In this document: positions 1 to 9,891 of the stretch, piece by piece
Layout of the letters: each line of letters starts with the position of its first letter
Position numbering within the stretch: the stretch's first letter is position 1
Position numbers and translations under genes: made by a program
From: Candidatus Nomurabacteria bacterium GW2011_GWE1_32_28
Lineage (GTDB): Bacteria; Patescibacteriota; Minisyncoccia; Phycocordibacterales; UBA9973
DNA length: 64,000 nucleotides
Direction of reading: 5' to 3'
Assembly (NCBI GenBank): GCA_000989515.1
Contig: LBOM01000003.1
Location: 111,833 to 175,832 of the forward strand
The notes under the pieces: generated by a model
What the model was told of the DNA's origin: nothing
The model's database searches: none
The model's input: the letters and a program-made list of their open reading frames with translations, nothing else

Positions 1-1320
1 CGTATTTGCCTTACGAGAAAGTTGTAAATAATCTAGTCCAACATCAAGCATAAATTGAAGTCGTGCTTCTATCTCACGAACGACTGGTAGAGATATTTCT
101 TTTTCTTGCTCTGAAAGTTTTAATGTCTTAAAAAATTCTACTGCATCTTCTATTGAAAGAGAAGAAATCTCTAAAATATTTTTACGCTTACTTTCTGTTC
201 CAGTTGAATACAAAAAAACATTTAAGGCTTCTTTGCGTAATCGCGCACCATTACAACCATCACATGGTTCATCTCCAAGAAAATATTTTGAACCTAATCC
301 ATGACAAACTTCACAAGCACCATATGGAGAATTAAAAGAAAAAAGACGTGGCTCAATTTCTGGAAAGGAAAAACCATCATTTTTGCATGCAAATTTTGCA
401 GACATAGTAAATTCACCCATAACAGAAACATCCTCAGAGGAGTATTCGCTATAACCAGATAAATCTTGCCCTTCCAAGATAGTGTGCGAACGACGGCGAG
501 AATGTTTCTGTTCTGGGGAATCAAAAGATACAGTAACCAATCCATCAGATTCAACAAGAGCTCGTTCTAATGCTTCTGCTAGTCTCATTCGACTTTCATC
601 TTTATTATTAGAAAATTCATGTACAGCAAAACAATCAACCAAAATATCAATATTGTGTGCTTTGTTTTTTGATAAAACTATTTGTTCACGTAGTTTCTTT
701 GTCTTTCCATCTAAGCGGATTTCTGAAAAACCCTTACCAAGTAGATCATAAAGCAATTGATAATATTCTCCCTTGCGCCCACGAACAACTGGAGAAAAAA
801 TGCTAATCTTTGTTTCATCCCATTTTACCCCCATGACTGATTTTTTATTCTTTTTACTTTTTTCAAAAGTCTTAACTTTTTCTAAAACAAAATTTAAAAT
901 TTCTTCATTGGAAAGTTTTTTAATTTCTTCACCACACAATGGACAGTGTGGATGACCAATACGTGCATACATTACTCTTAAATAATCATATATTTCTGTT
1001 ATTGTCGCTACAGTAGAACGAGGATTATTAGAACGAGATTTTTGATCTATAGAAATAGCTGGTGAAAGTCCAGTGATTTCGTCCACATCTGGCTTTGGCA
1101 TTTGATTTAAAAATTGCCTTGCATAAGAAGACAATGATTCAATATATCTTCTCTGCCCTTCGGCAAAGATGGTATCAAAAGCAAGAGAAGATTTTCCAGA
1201 ACCAGACACACCAGTAATTGCTACCATACTATTACGTGGTATCTCAATACTTATATTCTTTAGGTTGTGGGTTCTAGCCCCCTTAATTATTATTTTATCT
1301 ATATTTTTATCTGATTTCAT
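1..1320 (-). CDS. uvrA: Excinuclease ABC subunit A (5' part, runs off window start)
   Basis: Not in the ORF track. Manual translation from ATG at 1320: [22 protein letters not shown]...[34 protein letters not shown]. Carries an in-frame hairpin insert at 416-517. Confidence 0.97.
   Translation of the reverse strand, partial: MKSDKNIDKIIIKGARTHNLKNISIEIPRNSMVAITGVSGSGKSSLAFDTIFAEGQRRYIESLSSYARQFLNQMPKPDVDEITGLSPAISIDQKSRSNNPRSTVATITEIYDYLRVMYARIGHPHCPLCGEEIKKLSNEEILNFVLEKVKTFEKSKKNKKSVMGVKWDETKISIFSPVVRGRKGEYYQLLYDLLGKGFSEIRLDGKTKKLREQIVLSKNKAHNIDILVDCFAVHEFSNNKDESRMRLAEALERALVESDGLVTVSFDSPEQKHSRRRSHTILEGQDLSGYSEYSSEDVSVMGEFTMSAKFACKNDGFSFPEIEPRLFSFNSPYGACEVCHGLGSKYFLGDEPCDGCNGARLRKEALNVFLYSTGTESKRKNILEISSLSIEDAVEFFKTLKLSEQEKEISLPVVREIEARLQFMLDVGLDYLQLSRKANT
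416..517 (-). mobile_element. Family A hairpin insertion, in-frame in uvrA
   Basis: 68-bp core (433-500) is 65/68 identical to the polA copy. Arms CCCATAACAGAAACATCCTC / GAGAATGTTTCTGTTCTGGG. Encodes [34 protein letters not shown]. Confidence 0.85.
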
Positions 1321-1407
1321 ATAAATTTACTTTATACTTCTATACATAACAAAACTAACCCCGCCATCGTCCATAGGGGGTGTCTATCAATACAATTTAA
1401 CATATTG

Positions 1408-3660
1408 TTATTTTTTCTCCAATCGTGTTTTTAATACAACTATCTCATCGCGAAGTATTGCGGCTGTCTCGAAATCTAGTTCTTTAACTGCTTTATTCAT
1501 TTCTTTCTCTTTCATTTTTATTATTTTTTCATAGACAATTTTATTTCTTTCTTCATCTGAAAGCATTGTATTTTTTATAGAATCTGACTCATTTTTCCCC
1601 TTATTACTTTTATCTTTTATGAATGCTTTTTTAAACAATTCAATATCTAATTGAAGTTCTGTATTTACAGCTTTTCCATGTTCGCTTTCCATTTCTTGTG
1701 TGATATCTTTTATTTTTTTTATTATCGTTTTTGGAGTGATTCCATGTTTTTTATTATAAGCAAGTTGAATATTACGACGTCGAACAGTCTCTTCTATCGC
1801 CCTCTCCATAGAACCAGTAACTATATCTGCATAAAGAATAACTTTACCTTCACTATTACGAGCTGCACGTCCAATGGTTTGTATCAATGCTGTGTCTGAA
1901 CGCAGAAATCCTTCTTTGTCAGCATCCAATATTCCTATCAATGCTACTTCAGGTAAATCAAGTCCTTCGCGAAGAAGATTTACCCCCACCAAAACATCAA
2001 ACTCTCCTTTTCTAAATTGTGTTAATATTTTTATTCTATCTATTGTTTTTACATCACTATGTAAATATTCTGCTTTAATTTTTTTTTCTTTTAGATAAAG
2101 AGACAAATCTTCTGCCATTTTTTTTGTAAGCGTAGTCGCCAAAACTCGAAAACCTTTTTTAATTGTTTTTTCTGCTTCTTTTATAAAATCCTGAATCTGA
2201 CCAGGAAAAGGCAAAGACTTTTCTTTTTGGGGTGTCTCGCAGACTGACGAGTCGAGAGGCAGCGCTGAGCGAGCACGCTCAGACAGCGACCCCAAAAAGG
2301 AAGATTCTTTGCCTTTTCCTAAAATCATTTTTTCTGAAATTGGACGAACTAAAATCTCAGGATCTATAAGCCCTGTCGGACGAATAATTTGTTCTACCAT
2401 TTGTTCACTTAATGTGCGCTCTTGTTCGCTTGGTGTAGCGCTAGTATAGATAACTGGCCCTATCTTTTTACTAAATTCTTCATATTTTAAAGGTCTATTA
2501 TCTTTAGCAGAAGGTAAACGAAAACCATATTCTACAAGAGTATTCTTGCGAGAAGCATCTCCTGCATACATTCCCTGAAGTTGCGGTAATGTCACATGTG
2601 ATTCATCTATGATAGTTAAAAAATCAGGTTCCCCTTCACCTGGTGACGGGGAAAAGTGTGGAAAATAAGATAATAATGTCTCTGGTGGCTCACCTTCTTT
2701 TTTGTCAGACAAATGACGAGAATAATTTTCTATACCATTACAATAACCAACTTCTTTTATCATCGCCAGGTCATAATTTGTTCTTCTTTTTATTCTCTCA
2801 GCTTCTAAGAGCTTTCCTTCTTTCTCAAATTTTTTTAATTGTTTTGTTAATTCTTTTTTTATTTCTATTAAAGCCTTTTTCTTTTTAACATCCTCAGTAA
2901 TAAAATGTTTTGTTGGAAAAATAAAAATTTCTTCTTCTTCTTTTATTATCTGCGAAGAAATAGGGTCAATTTTTTTTATTTCTGATATTTTATTATTTAA
3001 TATTTCTATCTGATACATTATAGTATCTGAAACTGGCATAAATTCAACACGAGAGCCAATAGATCGAAATTGTCCAGGACTTAGGTCTGCATTTGTACGC
3101 TCAAAATGAATTTCAATCAATTTTTTCATTAAAGTCATTCTATCTATCTTCCTTTTAATCTTTAATTTTAAATTAACCTTTTTATATTCTTCAGGGGAAC
3201 CCAAACCATAAATACAAGAAACAGACGCAACTATTATTACATCACGTCTTGTAAGTAGTGCAGCTGTAGTAGCATGACGTAGGCGATCTATCTCTTTATT
3301 TATTTGTGCATCTTTTTCAATATAAGTATCAGAAGCCGGCATGTAAGCTTCTGGTTGATAATAATCATAATAAGACACAAAATAATGTACAGCAGCACTT
3401 GGAAAAAATTCTCTAAATTCAGAAGCAAGCTGTGCTGCAAGAGTTTTATTATGTGCTATTACAAGAGTCGGTTTATTATATTTTGCTATTACATTAGCAA
3501 TAGTAAAAGTCTTACCGGTCCCTGTGGCACCTATCAATGTCTGTTTGCTCATCCCTTTTTTAAGTCCATCTAAAAGCTCTAAAATAGCCCTAGGTTGATC
3601 ACCTGCGGGCTGAAATGGATTGTGTAATTTAAAAATATTTTTTTCTTTTTTTTGAATCAT
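1408..3660 (-). CDS. uvrB: Excinuclease ABC subunit B
   Basis: GATGTGKT, YYDYYQPEAY, DESH, QTIGRAARN and C-terminal UVR motif (LDFETAAILRD). Confidence 0.98.
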   Translation of the reverse strand: MIQKKEKNIFKLHNPFQPAGDQPRAILELLDGLKKGMSKQTLIGATGTGKTFTIANVIAKYNKPTLVIAHNKTLAAQLASEFREFFPSAAVHYFVSYYDYYQPEAYMPASDTYIEKDAQINKEIDRLRHATTAALLTRRDVIIVASVSCIYGLGSPEEYKKVNLKLKIKRKIDRMTLMKKLIEIHFERTNADLSPGQFRSIGSRVEFMPVSDTIMYQIEILNNKISEIKKIDPISSQIIKEEEEIFIFPTKHFITEDVKKKKALIEIKKELTKQLKKFEKEGKLLEAERIKRRTNYDLAMIKEVGYCNGIENYSRHLSDKKEGEPPETLLSYFPHFSPSPGEGEPDFLTIIDESHVTLPQLQGMYAGDASRKNTLVEYGFRLPSAKDNRPLKYEEFSKKIGPVIYTSATPSEQERTLSEQMVEQIIRPTGLIDPEILVRPISEKMILGKGKESSFLGSLSERARSALPLDSSVCETPQKEKSLPFPGQIQDFIKEAEKTIKKGFRVLATTLTKKMAEDLSLYLKEKKIKAEYLHSDVKTIDRIKILTQFRKGEFDVLVGVNLLREGLDLPEVALIGILDADKEGFLRSDTALIQTIGRAARNSEGKVILYADIVTGSMERAIEETVRRRNIQLAYNKKHGITPKTIIKKIKDITQEMESEHGKAVNTELQLDIELFKKAFIKDKSNKGKNESDSIKNTMLSDEERNKIVYEKIIKMKEKEMNKAVKELDFETAAILRDEIVVLKTRLEKK
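2203..2320 (-). mobile_element. Family B hairpin insertion, in-frame in uvrB
   Basis: About 30-bp inverted arms around a GC-rich core that matches the reverse complement of the pcrA insert. Encodes GKGKESSFLGSLSERARSALPLDSSVCETPQKEKSLPFP. Confidence 0.85.
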
Positions 3661-3684
3661 ATCCGTAAAAAATATTTTAATTAT

Positions 3685-3810
3685 TTATTGAAGATAGAGA
3701 CCTTCATCGGGAAAACTATCATATGCTCTTACTACAATCATATAAGCAAAAAGGGAGGCTATTATTGTAAGAATAAGCATATACATTAATGATTTGTTAA
3801 GTAATGACAT
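3685..3810 (-). CDS. Small single-pass membrane protein (41 aa)
   Basis: Manual ORF MSLLNKSLMYMLILTIIASLFAYMIVVRAYDSFPDEGLYLQ, 24 bp upstream of uvrB, with one hydrophobic segment. Confidence 0.45.
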   Translation of the reverse strand: MSLLNKSLMYMLILTIIASLFAYMIVVRAYDSFPDEGLYLQ

Positions 3811-4002
3811 TGCTATTTTAGTCTATCATTTATTTGTTACATTGTTAATATTTTTTAAATTACCTTGATTTTTGGTACTTTTTATTATATATTTGAATTA
3901 TTCTGTTTTTTGTGTGAAAATAAAAAAATGCGCCCGTAGTTCAGTTGTAGCGGATTCAACTAACTACTCACAAAATGTTATTATTGTGTATAAGTAAGAA
4001 AT

Positions 4003-4075
4003 GCGCCCGTAGCTCAGCTGGTAGAGCAGATCCCTTTTAAGGATAAGGTCCTCGGTTCGATCCCGAGCGGGCGCA
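4003..4075 (+). tRNA. tRNA-Lys(UUU)
   Basis: Acceptor stem GCGCCCG/CGGGCGC, anticodon loop CTTTTAA, GGTTCGATCC T-arm; CCA not encoded. Confidence 0.95.
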
Positions 4076-4106
4076 CAGAATTAAGAGAGACCTACTATAT
4101 AAATTT

Positions 4107-4754
4107 TTAAAAAGCCTCAAGTAAAAACTGTTCAAAAACAGACTCAGCATCTTTTGCTTCTTTTCTTGCTTCAGGTAATAAATAAGAAATTTTTGATATA
4201 AATTCTACAAGCTCTCTTTCAGAAAATTTTTTAAAGTCTTTTTTAAGAATCATATCTTTAGCTTTCCAAAAAAGAATACCAACAAGTTCCTCCATTCCCA
4301 CACCAACATTTATCGCTTGTCTAAAATGAATCCATAAATTTAATTTATCTCTTTTTTCAAAATCATATGCTAATAAAAAATTATTATACTTCTCTTTCTT
4401 TTCTTTTGATAATTCAAAAATATTAATTTCTGCTTTATTTTTTTTAAAAACATCTAAAATAGGTTTGCTTAATTTACTTTCTAAAAAAACAAAATCATTA
4501 TTAGATTCACTCATTAAATCTAATTTACTTAAAACAAAACTCAATATATCTTCTCTTTCAAAAATATTTGTAAAAACAACAATGCACTTGGCAAAAAAAA
4601 GTCCTGCCCCAGAATAAAAACTTTCCACAGTCATTGATTCAAAATTATTTTTACCAATAAAAAAAACCTCCATGTCACCTGAAATAGATTTTAAAAAAAT
4701 ATCATACCCGTTATGTTTATTTTTGGCGTCATCACCACAAAAAAGATAAATCAT
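4107..4754 (-). CDS. holA: DNA polymerase III delta (HolA)-like protein, shortened
   Basis: N-terminal MIYLFCGDD and a GLFF-then-hydrophobic-strand pattern typical of HolA. Confidence 0.6.
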   Translation of the reverse strand: MIYLFCGDDAKNKHNGYDIFLKSISGDMEVFFIGKNNFESMTVESFYSGAGLFFAKCIVVFTNIFEREDILSFVLSKLDLMSESNNDFVFLESKLSKPILDVFKKNKAEINIFELSKEKKEKYNNFLLAYDFEKRDKLNLWIHFRQAINVGVGMEELVGILFWKAKDMILKKDFKKFSERELVEFISKISYLLPEARKEAKDAESVFEQFLLEAF

Positions 4755-4755
4755 C

Positions 4756-5244
4756 TTAAAATTTAACTGCTTTTTTATACTCTATATATGAATCACCATA
4801 TTTAAGAGTTAAAACTTCTTCCTCTTTTTTTATAAAAACTAATTTAGTAACAACAAAAGAAATTACTGAAATAATAATTAAAAATAAAGCATTTGCTAAA
4901 ATCCCAAAACCAAACATTAAAAAGAAAAGTCCAAAATGTGTTGGGGTCCTAGTATAACGATAAGGTCCACAAAAAAACATTTCTTTTTTAGAATTATCTA
5001 CTTTTAATTTGTGAGAAGACTTTTGTGACCAAATTATTAAAAAAGTTCCAAAAACTAAAAACACAAAACCTGTCGAGAGAATGGCAAGATTTTCAAAAAC
5101 TATAAGTGGAAAGATAAAATCTAGCAAAAGACCCACTAAAAATGAAACGAAAAAAAACAAATAGGAGTGTACTAAAATTCTATGTACTCTATTTTTATGA
5201 ATACTAATGTTATTAAATTCTTCTACTTTGTCTTCTATGTCCAT
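4756..5244 (-). CDS. Isoprenylcysteine carboxyl methyltransferase / PEMT family membrane protein
   Basis: Multi-TM protein with GPYRYTRTP and EE..L...YG..Y..YK motifs. Confidence 0.8.
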   Translation of the reverse strand: MDIEDKVEEFNNISIHKNRVHRILVHSYLFFFVSFLVGLLLDFIFPLIVFENLAILSTGFVFLVFGTFLIIWSQKSSHKLKVDNSKKEMFFCGPYRYTRTPTHFGLFFLMFGFGILANALFLIIISVISFVVTKLVFIKKEEEVLTLKYGDSYIEYKKAVKF

Positions 5245-5269
5245 ATAATAATTATATCACAAAAAACAG

Positions 5270-7762
5270 CTACTTAACTTCTCCAAAATTATTTCCAAAA
5301 CCAGAATGTACTATCAATGGAATGTCTGTTTTATATTGCAAATAAGATCTCTGAAGAACAGATTCCATTGCATTTTTAATAATTATCTCGACATTTTCAA
5401 GAATATCTTCTTCTACTTCATAAACTAATTCATCGTGTATCTGAAGAACAAGATGGGCTTTCTCTAAAAATCCTTCCCTCTTTAAATCTTCTTCAGAATA
5501 TCTTATCGCGAGTTTTATTATATCAGCAGTCGCTGTACCCTGAATTGGTGCATTGATGGCTGTGCGTTCAGCCATATTTTTTAAAAATGGAATTCTAGAA
5601 TTTATATTAGGAAAGTATCTTCTTCTATTAAACAATGTCTCTGTATATAAATGTCTTGTCGCAAAAATCTTTACACTTTCTAAATAATTTTTTACACCAG
5701 AAAATTGATTAAAATAATTATCATAAAATTTCTGTGCTTCTTCACGAGTACCACCTAAGCTCTTGCGTAAAGATGAAACACCCATACCATAAATAATTCC
5801 AAAATTTATTACTTTTGCCTTACGGCGCATCTCACCATCTACTTTTTCAAGTGGAACACCAAAAACAAAAGAAGCTACTCCAGAATGAATGTCTTTACCA
5901 TCACAAAATATTTGTGTCATTTTTGGGTCTCCCGAGAGCATAGCAGCGACACGAAGCTCTATTTGACTATAATCAAAAGTCAAAAGTTTATATCCTTTTC
6001 CTGCTATAAAACCATTTCGTATCTTTTTACCTAATTCTGTTTTAATAGGTAAATTTTGCAAATTTGGATCTTGAGAAGAAAATCTCCCCGTTGTTGTGCC
6101 GTTTTGTAAAAATTTTGCATGCAAACGATCATCTTCATCTGTCATTTTAGGAATTACATCAATATAAGTAGAAAGTAATTTCTGTAATTCTCTATAAGCT
6201 AATATTTCTTTTATTATTGGATTATTTTCTTCAAGTTCTTCTAATACAGAAACTTTTGTAGAAAAAGACCCACTCGCATTTTTCTTTTTGCTTGATTTCA
6301 TTCCCATTTTATCAAACAAAACTTCTCCTAATTGTTTTGGGGAATTTATGTTAAATTCTAAACCAGACATCTTATATATCTTTTGAGTTAATTTATCTAA
6401 TTCCTTGTGATACTCTTTTGATAAATTTTCAAAATATTTCTTATCTATCAGAATTCCATGGTCCTGCATTTTTTTTACCATGGGTATTATAGGTTTTTCT
6501 ATTTCTTTATATATTTTTTCTAATCCCTTATCTTTTAATTCTTTAAACACATATTCTTTTGCTATTTCAAAAGAATCAGTATTTGCATAATGCAAAACAT
6601 CATCTAGTGTTGGATTTGTAATATCTGAATTTATAATCCAAAGTGCAATTGCTGTTTCTTGTAATTTGTTTTTATCTATAATAATTGGCTTTTGGTGGAC
6701 GTGCTCAGAGGAGTATTCGCTACTACCAGATAAATCTTGCCCTTCCAAGATAGAGTGCGAACGACGGCGAGCATCGTCGCCAGAAGCCAAATTATTATTT
6801 TCATCAAAAAAACTTTTTAATCTTGAATATAGACTTCTAAATTCAAACACTGAAAACATATTTTCAATTTTTTTCAAATCTGCATTCTCCCAAAAAGTTT
6901 TTTCTTGTAATTTAAAATCAACAGGTGCATCAGTTCTTATTTTTGCTAATGTTTTTGAAAATAAAGCTTCTTCTTCGTTATCTTTCAAAAGTTGTATTAT
7001 ACGATCTGTAAGTCCTAATTTTTTAAATTCTAATTCGTAATTCGTAATTCGTAATTGTCTATAAATTTCTTCTATTGTTCCAAAATTAACAATCAAATTC
7101 GTCGCCGTCTTCTCACCAATTCCTTTAATACCAATAATATTATCAGATGGATCTCCTCTCAATCCTTTATAGTCTGGCAACAACTTCGGTTTAAAACCAA
7201 ACCTATCAATCATTTTTTCTTCATCATATAAAATAGTGTCATTAATCCCCTTCTTTAAAGTATAAACTTGTACTTTTTTACCATCAACTAATTGCATCGT
7301 GTCCATATCTCCTGATGCAATAATTATATTTATATCTGGAATTTTTTTTCCGCCAGAGGCGGATCCGCCTCTGGCGGAAATTTTCTCTACAATCGTACCT
7401 AATACATCATCAGCCTCAAAGCCTGGCGCATCATAAATAGGAATATTAAATGCATCAAAGATTTGTCGAGAGTTTTTTAGTTGTAAAATTAAAGCATCTT
7501 CAGTTTTTGCTCTCCCTAATTTATACCCATCGTATGCTTCATGCCTAAAAGTCTTTTGCGGTAAATCATAACAAGCAACAATATAATCTGGTTTTAGATC
7601 AGTAATTATTTTCATTAACATACTAGAAAGACCATACAATGCCCCAGTAGGCTCACCCTTAGAAGACAAAAACTCAGGCAATGCATGATAAGCACGATGT
7701 ATTATCGCATGAGCATCTAATAATACTAATGTTTTTGATAAATTTTTATTATTTTTGACCAT
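5270..7762 (-). CDS. polA: DNA polymerase I
   Basis: 5'-3' exonuclease (DAHAIIHRAYHA, EADD, GDPSDNI) and polymerase motifs DYSQIELR, KVINFGIIYG, QIHDE. Confidence 0.98.
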   Translation of the reverse strand: MVKNNKNLSKTLVLLDAHAIIHRAYHALPEFLSSKGEPTGALYGLSSMLMKIITDLKPDYIVACYDLPQKTFRHEAYDGYKLGRAKTEDALILQLKNSRQIFDAFNIPIYDAPGFEADDVLGTIVEKISARGGSASGGKKIPDINIIIASGDMDTMQLVDGKKVQVYTLKKGINDTILYDEEKMIDRFGFKPKLLPDYKGLRGDPSDNIIGIKGIGEKTATNLIVNFGTIEEIYRQLRITNYELEFKKLGLTDRIIQLLKDNEEEALFSKTLAKIRTDAPVDFKLQEKTFWENADLKKIENMFSVFEFRSLYSRLKSFFDENNNLASGDDARRRSHSILEGQDLSGSSEYSSEHVHQKPIIIDKNKLQETAIALWIINSDITNPTLDDVLHYANTDSFEIAKEYVFKELKDKGLEKIYKEIEKPIIPMVKKMQDHGILIDKKYFENLSKEYHKELDKLTQKIYKMSGLEFNINSPKQLGEVLFDKMGMKSSKKKNASGSFSTKVSVLEELEENNPIIKEILAYRELQKLLSTYIDVIPKMTDEDDRLHAKFLQNGTTTGRFSSQDPNLQNLPIKTELGKKIRNGFIAGKGYKLLTFDYSQIELRVAAMLSGDPKMTQIFCDGKDIHSGVASFVFGVPLEKVDGEMRRKAKVINFGIIYGMGVSSLRKSLGGTREEAQKFYDNYFNQFSGVKNYLESVKIFATRHLYTETLFNRRRYFPNINSRIPFLKNMAERTAINAPIQGTATADIIKLAIRYSEEDLKREGFLEKAHLVLQIHDELVYEVEEDILENVEIIIKNAMESVLQRSYLQYKTDIPLIVHSGFGNNFGEVK
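6679..6797 (-). mobile_element. Family A hairpin insertion, in-frame in polA
   Basis: Core 6704-6771. Arms TAATAATTGGCTTTTGGTGGACGTG / CATCGTCGCCAGAAGCCAAATTATTA. Confidence 0.85.
7026..7057 (-). repeat. Heptamer (AATTCGT)n tract, in-frame in polA
   Basis: AATTCTAATTCGTAATTCGTAATTCGTAATTG, encoding QLRITNYELEF. Confidence 0.85.
7347..7380. repeat. Perfect 34-bp GC-rich palindrome, in-frame in polA
   Basis: TTTCCGCCAGAGGCGGATCCGCCTCTGGCGGAAA, encoding SARGGSASGGK. Confidence 0.9.
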
Positions 7763-7827
7763 TCTTTGTATTATAGCATTTTTACAGTTGGTTATTCACC
7801 ATAAAATATTGTATTATTAAAAGATAA

Positions 7828-9525
7828 ATGACGATATTTGACGAAGAAAAACAAAATAAACAATTAAATGAAATACGAAAACAAGAAGAAGAAGAACTCG
7901 TGGCCGTGTTGGCAGAATCAAAATATAAATTACCATATATTGATTTGTCTCGTTTGGGCATAGACAATGAGGCACTTAGACATATTTCTGAAAAAGATGC
8001 TCGTGAATTAAAAATTGGGCCCTTTAAACTTTTTGGTAAAAATATTTTTATAGCAATACATTCTCCTTCAGATAATCTCTTAATAAAATTAAAAGACGAA
8101 ATGGAAAGACAAAACTTAATTCCTACTTTTTATATGGTATCTACAGCTTCTTTGGAAAAAATTTGGGATAGATATAGTGAGCTTTCTTCTGCAGAAAATT
8201 CAAAGATTGGAGGTATTGATATTTCTGGAGAAGTTTTAAATAAAATTTCAAAAGATATAAAAATAATAGATGATATAGAAAAATTAATTACAGACACAAT
8301 GTCTGGGAGCTCTGTACACAAAATCTCTCATCTACTAGAAATAATATTAGCAGGAGCAATATCTATAAAAGCATCTGACATACACATAGAACCAGAAAAA
8401 GACAGAAGCAGATTGAGACTTAGACTGGATGGAATACTTCATGATGTTATATTTTTTGAAAATAATATTTATCATTTACTTAATTCACGAATTAAACTTT
8501 TATCTGGATTAAAATTAACTTCAAAAATAGCACAAGACGGACGTTTTAGTATTATGGAAGAAAAAGAAGAATTAAATATACGTACTTCTCTTATTCCCGG
8601 TGCCTATGGTGAATCAATAGTTATGAGAATTCTTGACCCAAAATCCATTCAGGTAAAGCTTGAGGAAATGGGAATAGAGCCTTTTTTGTTTTCTGTTATA
8701 GAAAAAGAAATAACAAAACCAAATGGAATGATTTTAGTTACAGGTCCTACTGGTTCAGGAAAAACGACTACACTATATGCTTTTTTAAGAAAAATATATT
8801 CACCAGAAATTAAAATAATAACAATTGAAGACCCAATAGAATATCATCTAAATGGAATAACACAGACACAAACAAACTCAGAAAAAGGATACACTTTTTT
8901 AGAAGGACTACGTTCGGCTCTACGCCAAGATCCAGATGTTGTCATGGTTGGAGAAATACGCGACATAGAAACTGCAAAAACTGCCATAGAATCAGCATTA
9001 ACTGGGCATATGGTATTCTCTACTCTTCACACCAACAATGCAGCTGGTGTCATTCCACGTTTAATTGATCTTGGTGTAAATCCTAAAATAATGGTCTCAG
9101 CATTATCATTATCAATAGCTCAACGTTTAGTGCGCAAACTTTGTTCGTCTTGTAAAATAGAAAAAATTCCAACAGAAAAAGAAACAACAACAATAAAACT
9201 AGTAATGGACAGCATAAAAGAAGAAGGAAAAAATCTTTTAAATTATAATATAAACCCAGATAATCCAATAAAATTATTTTCTCCTGTAGGTTGTGAAAAA
9301 TGCAACATGATAGGCTATAGAGGACGAGTAGGTATTTTTGAAGCTATTAAAACAGACGAGGCTATAGAAAAAATAATGCCACAAAACCCAAGTGAAAGAG
9401 AAATTAAAAAAGTTGCCAGGGCACAAGGAATACTTTCAATGCGCCAAGATGGTGTAGTAAAAATATTAAATGGTATCACATCTCTTGAGGAAGTATTAAG
9501 CGTCGTTGATCTAAATGAAGAATAA
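7828..9525 (+). CDS. pilB: GspE/PilB family type IV pilus assembly ATPase
   Basis: ASDIHIEP, GPTGSGKTTTLY, TIEDPIEY, LRQDPD, STLHTN and CxxC pairs. Confidence 0.9.
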   Translation: MTIFDEEKQNKQLNEIRKQEEEELVAVLAESKYKLPYIDLSRLGIDNEALRHISEKDARELKIGPFKLFGKNIFIAIHSPSDNLLIKLKDEMERQNLIPTFYMVSTASLEKIWDRYSELSSAENSKIGGIDISGEVLNKISKDIKIIDDIEKLITDTMSGSSVHKISHLLEIILAGAISIKASDIHIEPEKDRSRLRLRLDGILHDVIFFENNIYHLLNSRIKLLSGLKLTSKIAQDGRFSIMEEKEELNIRTSLIPGAYGESIVMRILDPKSIQVKLEEMGIEPFLFSVIEKEITKPNGMILVTGPTGSGKTTTLYAFLRKIYSPEIKIITIEDPIEYHLNGITQTQTNSEKGYTFLEGLRSALRQDPDVVMVGEIRDIETAKTAIESALTGHMVFSTLHTNNAAGVIPRLIDLGVNPKIMVSALSLSIAQRLVRKLCSSCKIEKIPTEKETTTIKLVMDSIKEEGKNLLNYNINPDNPIKLFSPVGCEKCNMIGYRGRVGIFEAIKTDEAIEKIMPQNPSEREIKKVARAQGILSMRQDGVVKILNGITSLEEVLSVVDLNEE

Positions 9526-9554
9526 AAAAGTTGGTAGTATAAATACAACCAACT

Positions 9555-9749
9555 TTAATAATTATTTAATTTTCTTTCTAAAATTTTGAAAAATACTCCT
9601 TCCTTCTTTAAAAAGGCCAAAATATTTCCAGTATTAACCTCTTCTATTTTTATTAAAGATATATCCTTTCCTTTCAAAATTTCAGCAAGACTTTTAAGCT
9701 TCCTGCTTAAAAGGAAATCTTCGTCAGAAGAATAGATTGAGTTACACAT
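9555..9749 (-). CDS. Hypothetical protein (64 aa)
   Basis: Fills an intergenic gap; GGAG upstream of the ATG. Confidence 0.35.
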   Translation of the reverse strand: MCNSIYSSDEDFLLSRKLKSLAEILKGKDISLIKIEEVNTGNILAFLKKEGVFFKILERKLNNY

Positions 9750-9891
9750 ATATACTCCAATTTGTTTTTATAATTTAAAAAACTATTTTTTATATCTACT
9801 TAAAGAATAAACCAATTATTCAACAAAGTTAATTTTTTTAACGTTTATCTTATAATTGAGACTTTTTGTAAAATCTGTTAAAATATGAAAT

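Noticed and set aside
2629-2653. Small hairpin TTCCCCTTCACC-T-GGTGACGGGGAA in uvrB (SPSPGEGE)
   Set aside because: Single short copy in a variable loop; cannot be distinguished from chance without orthologue alignment
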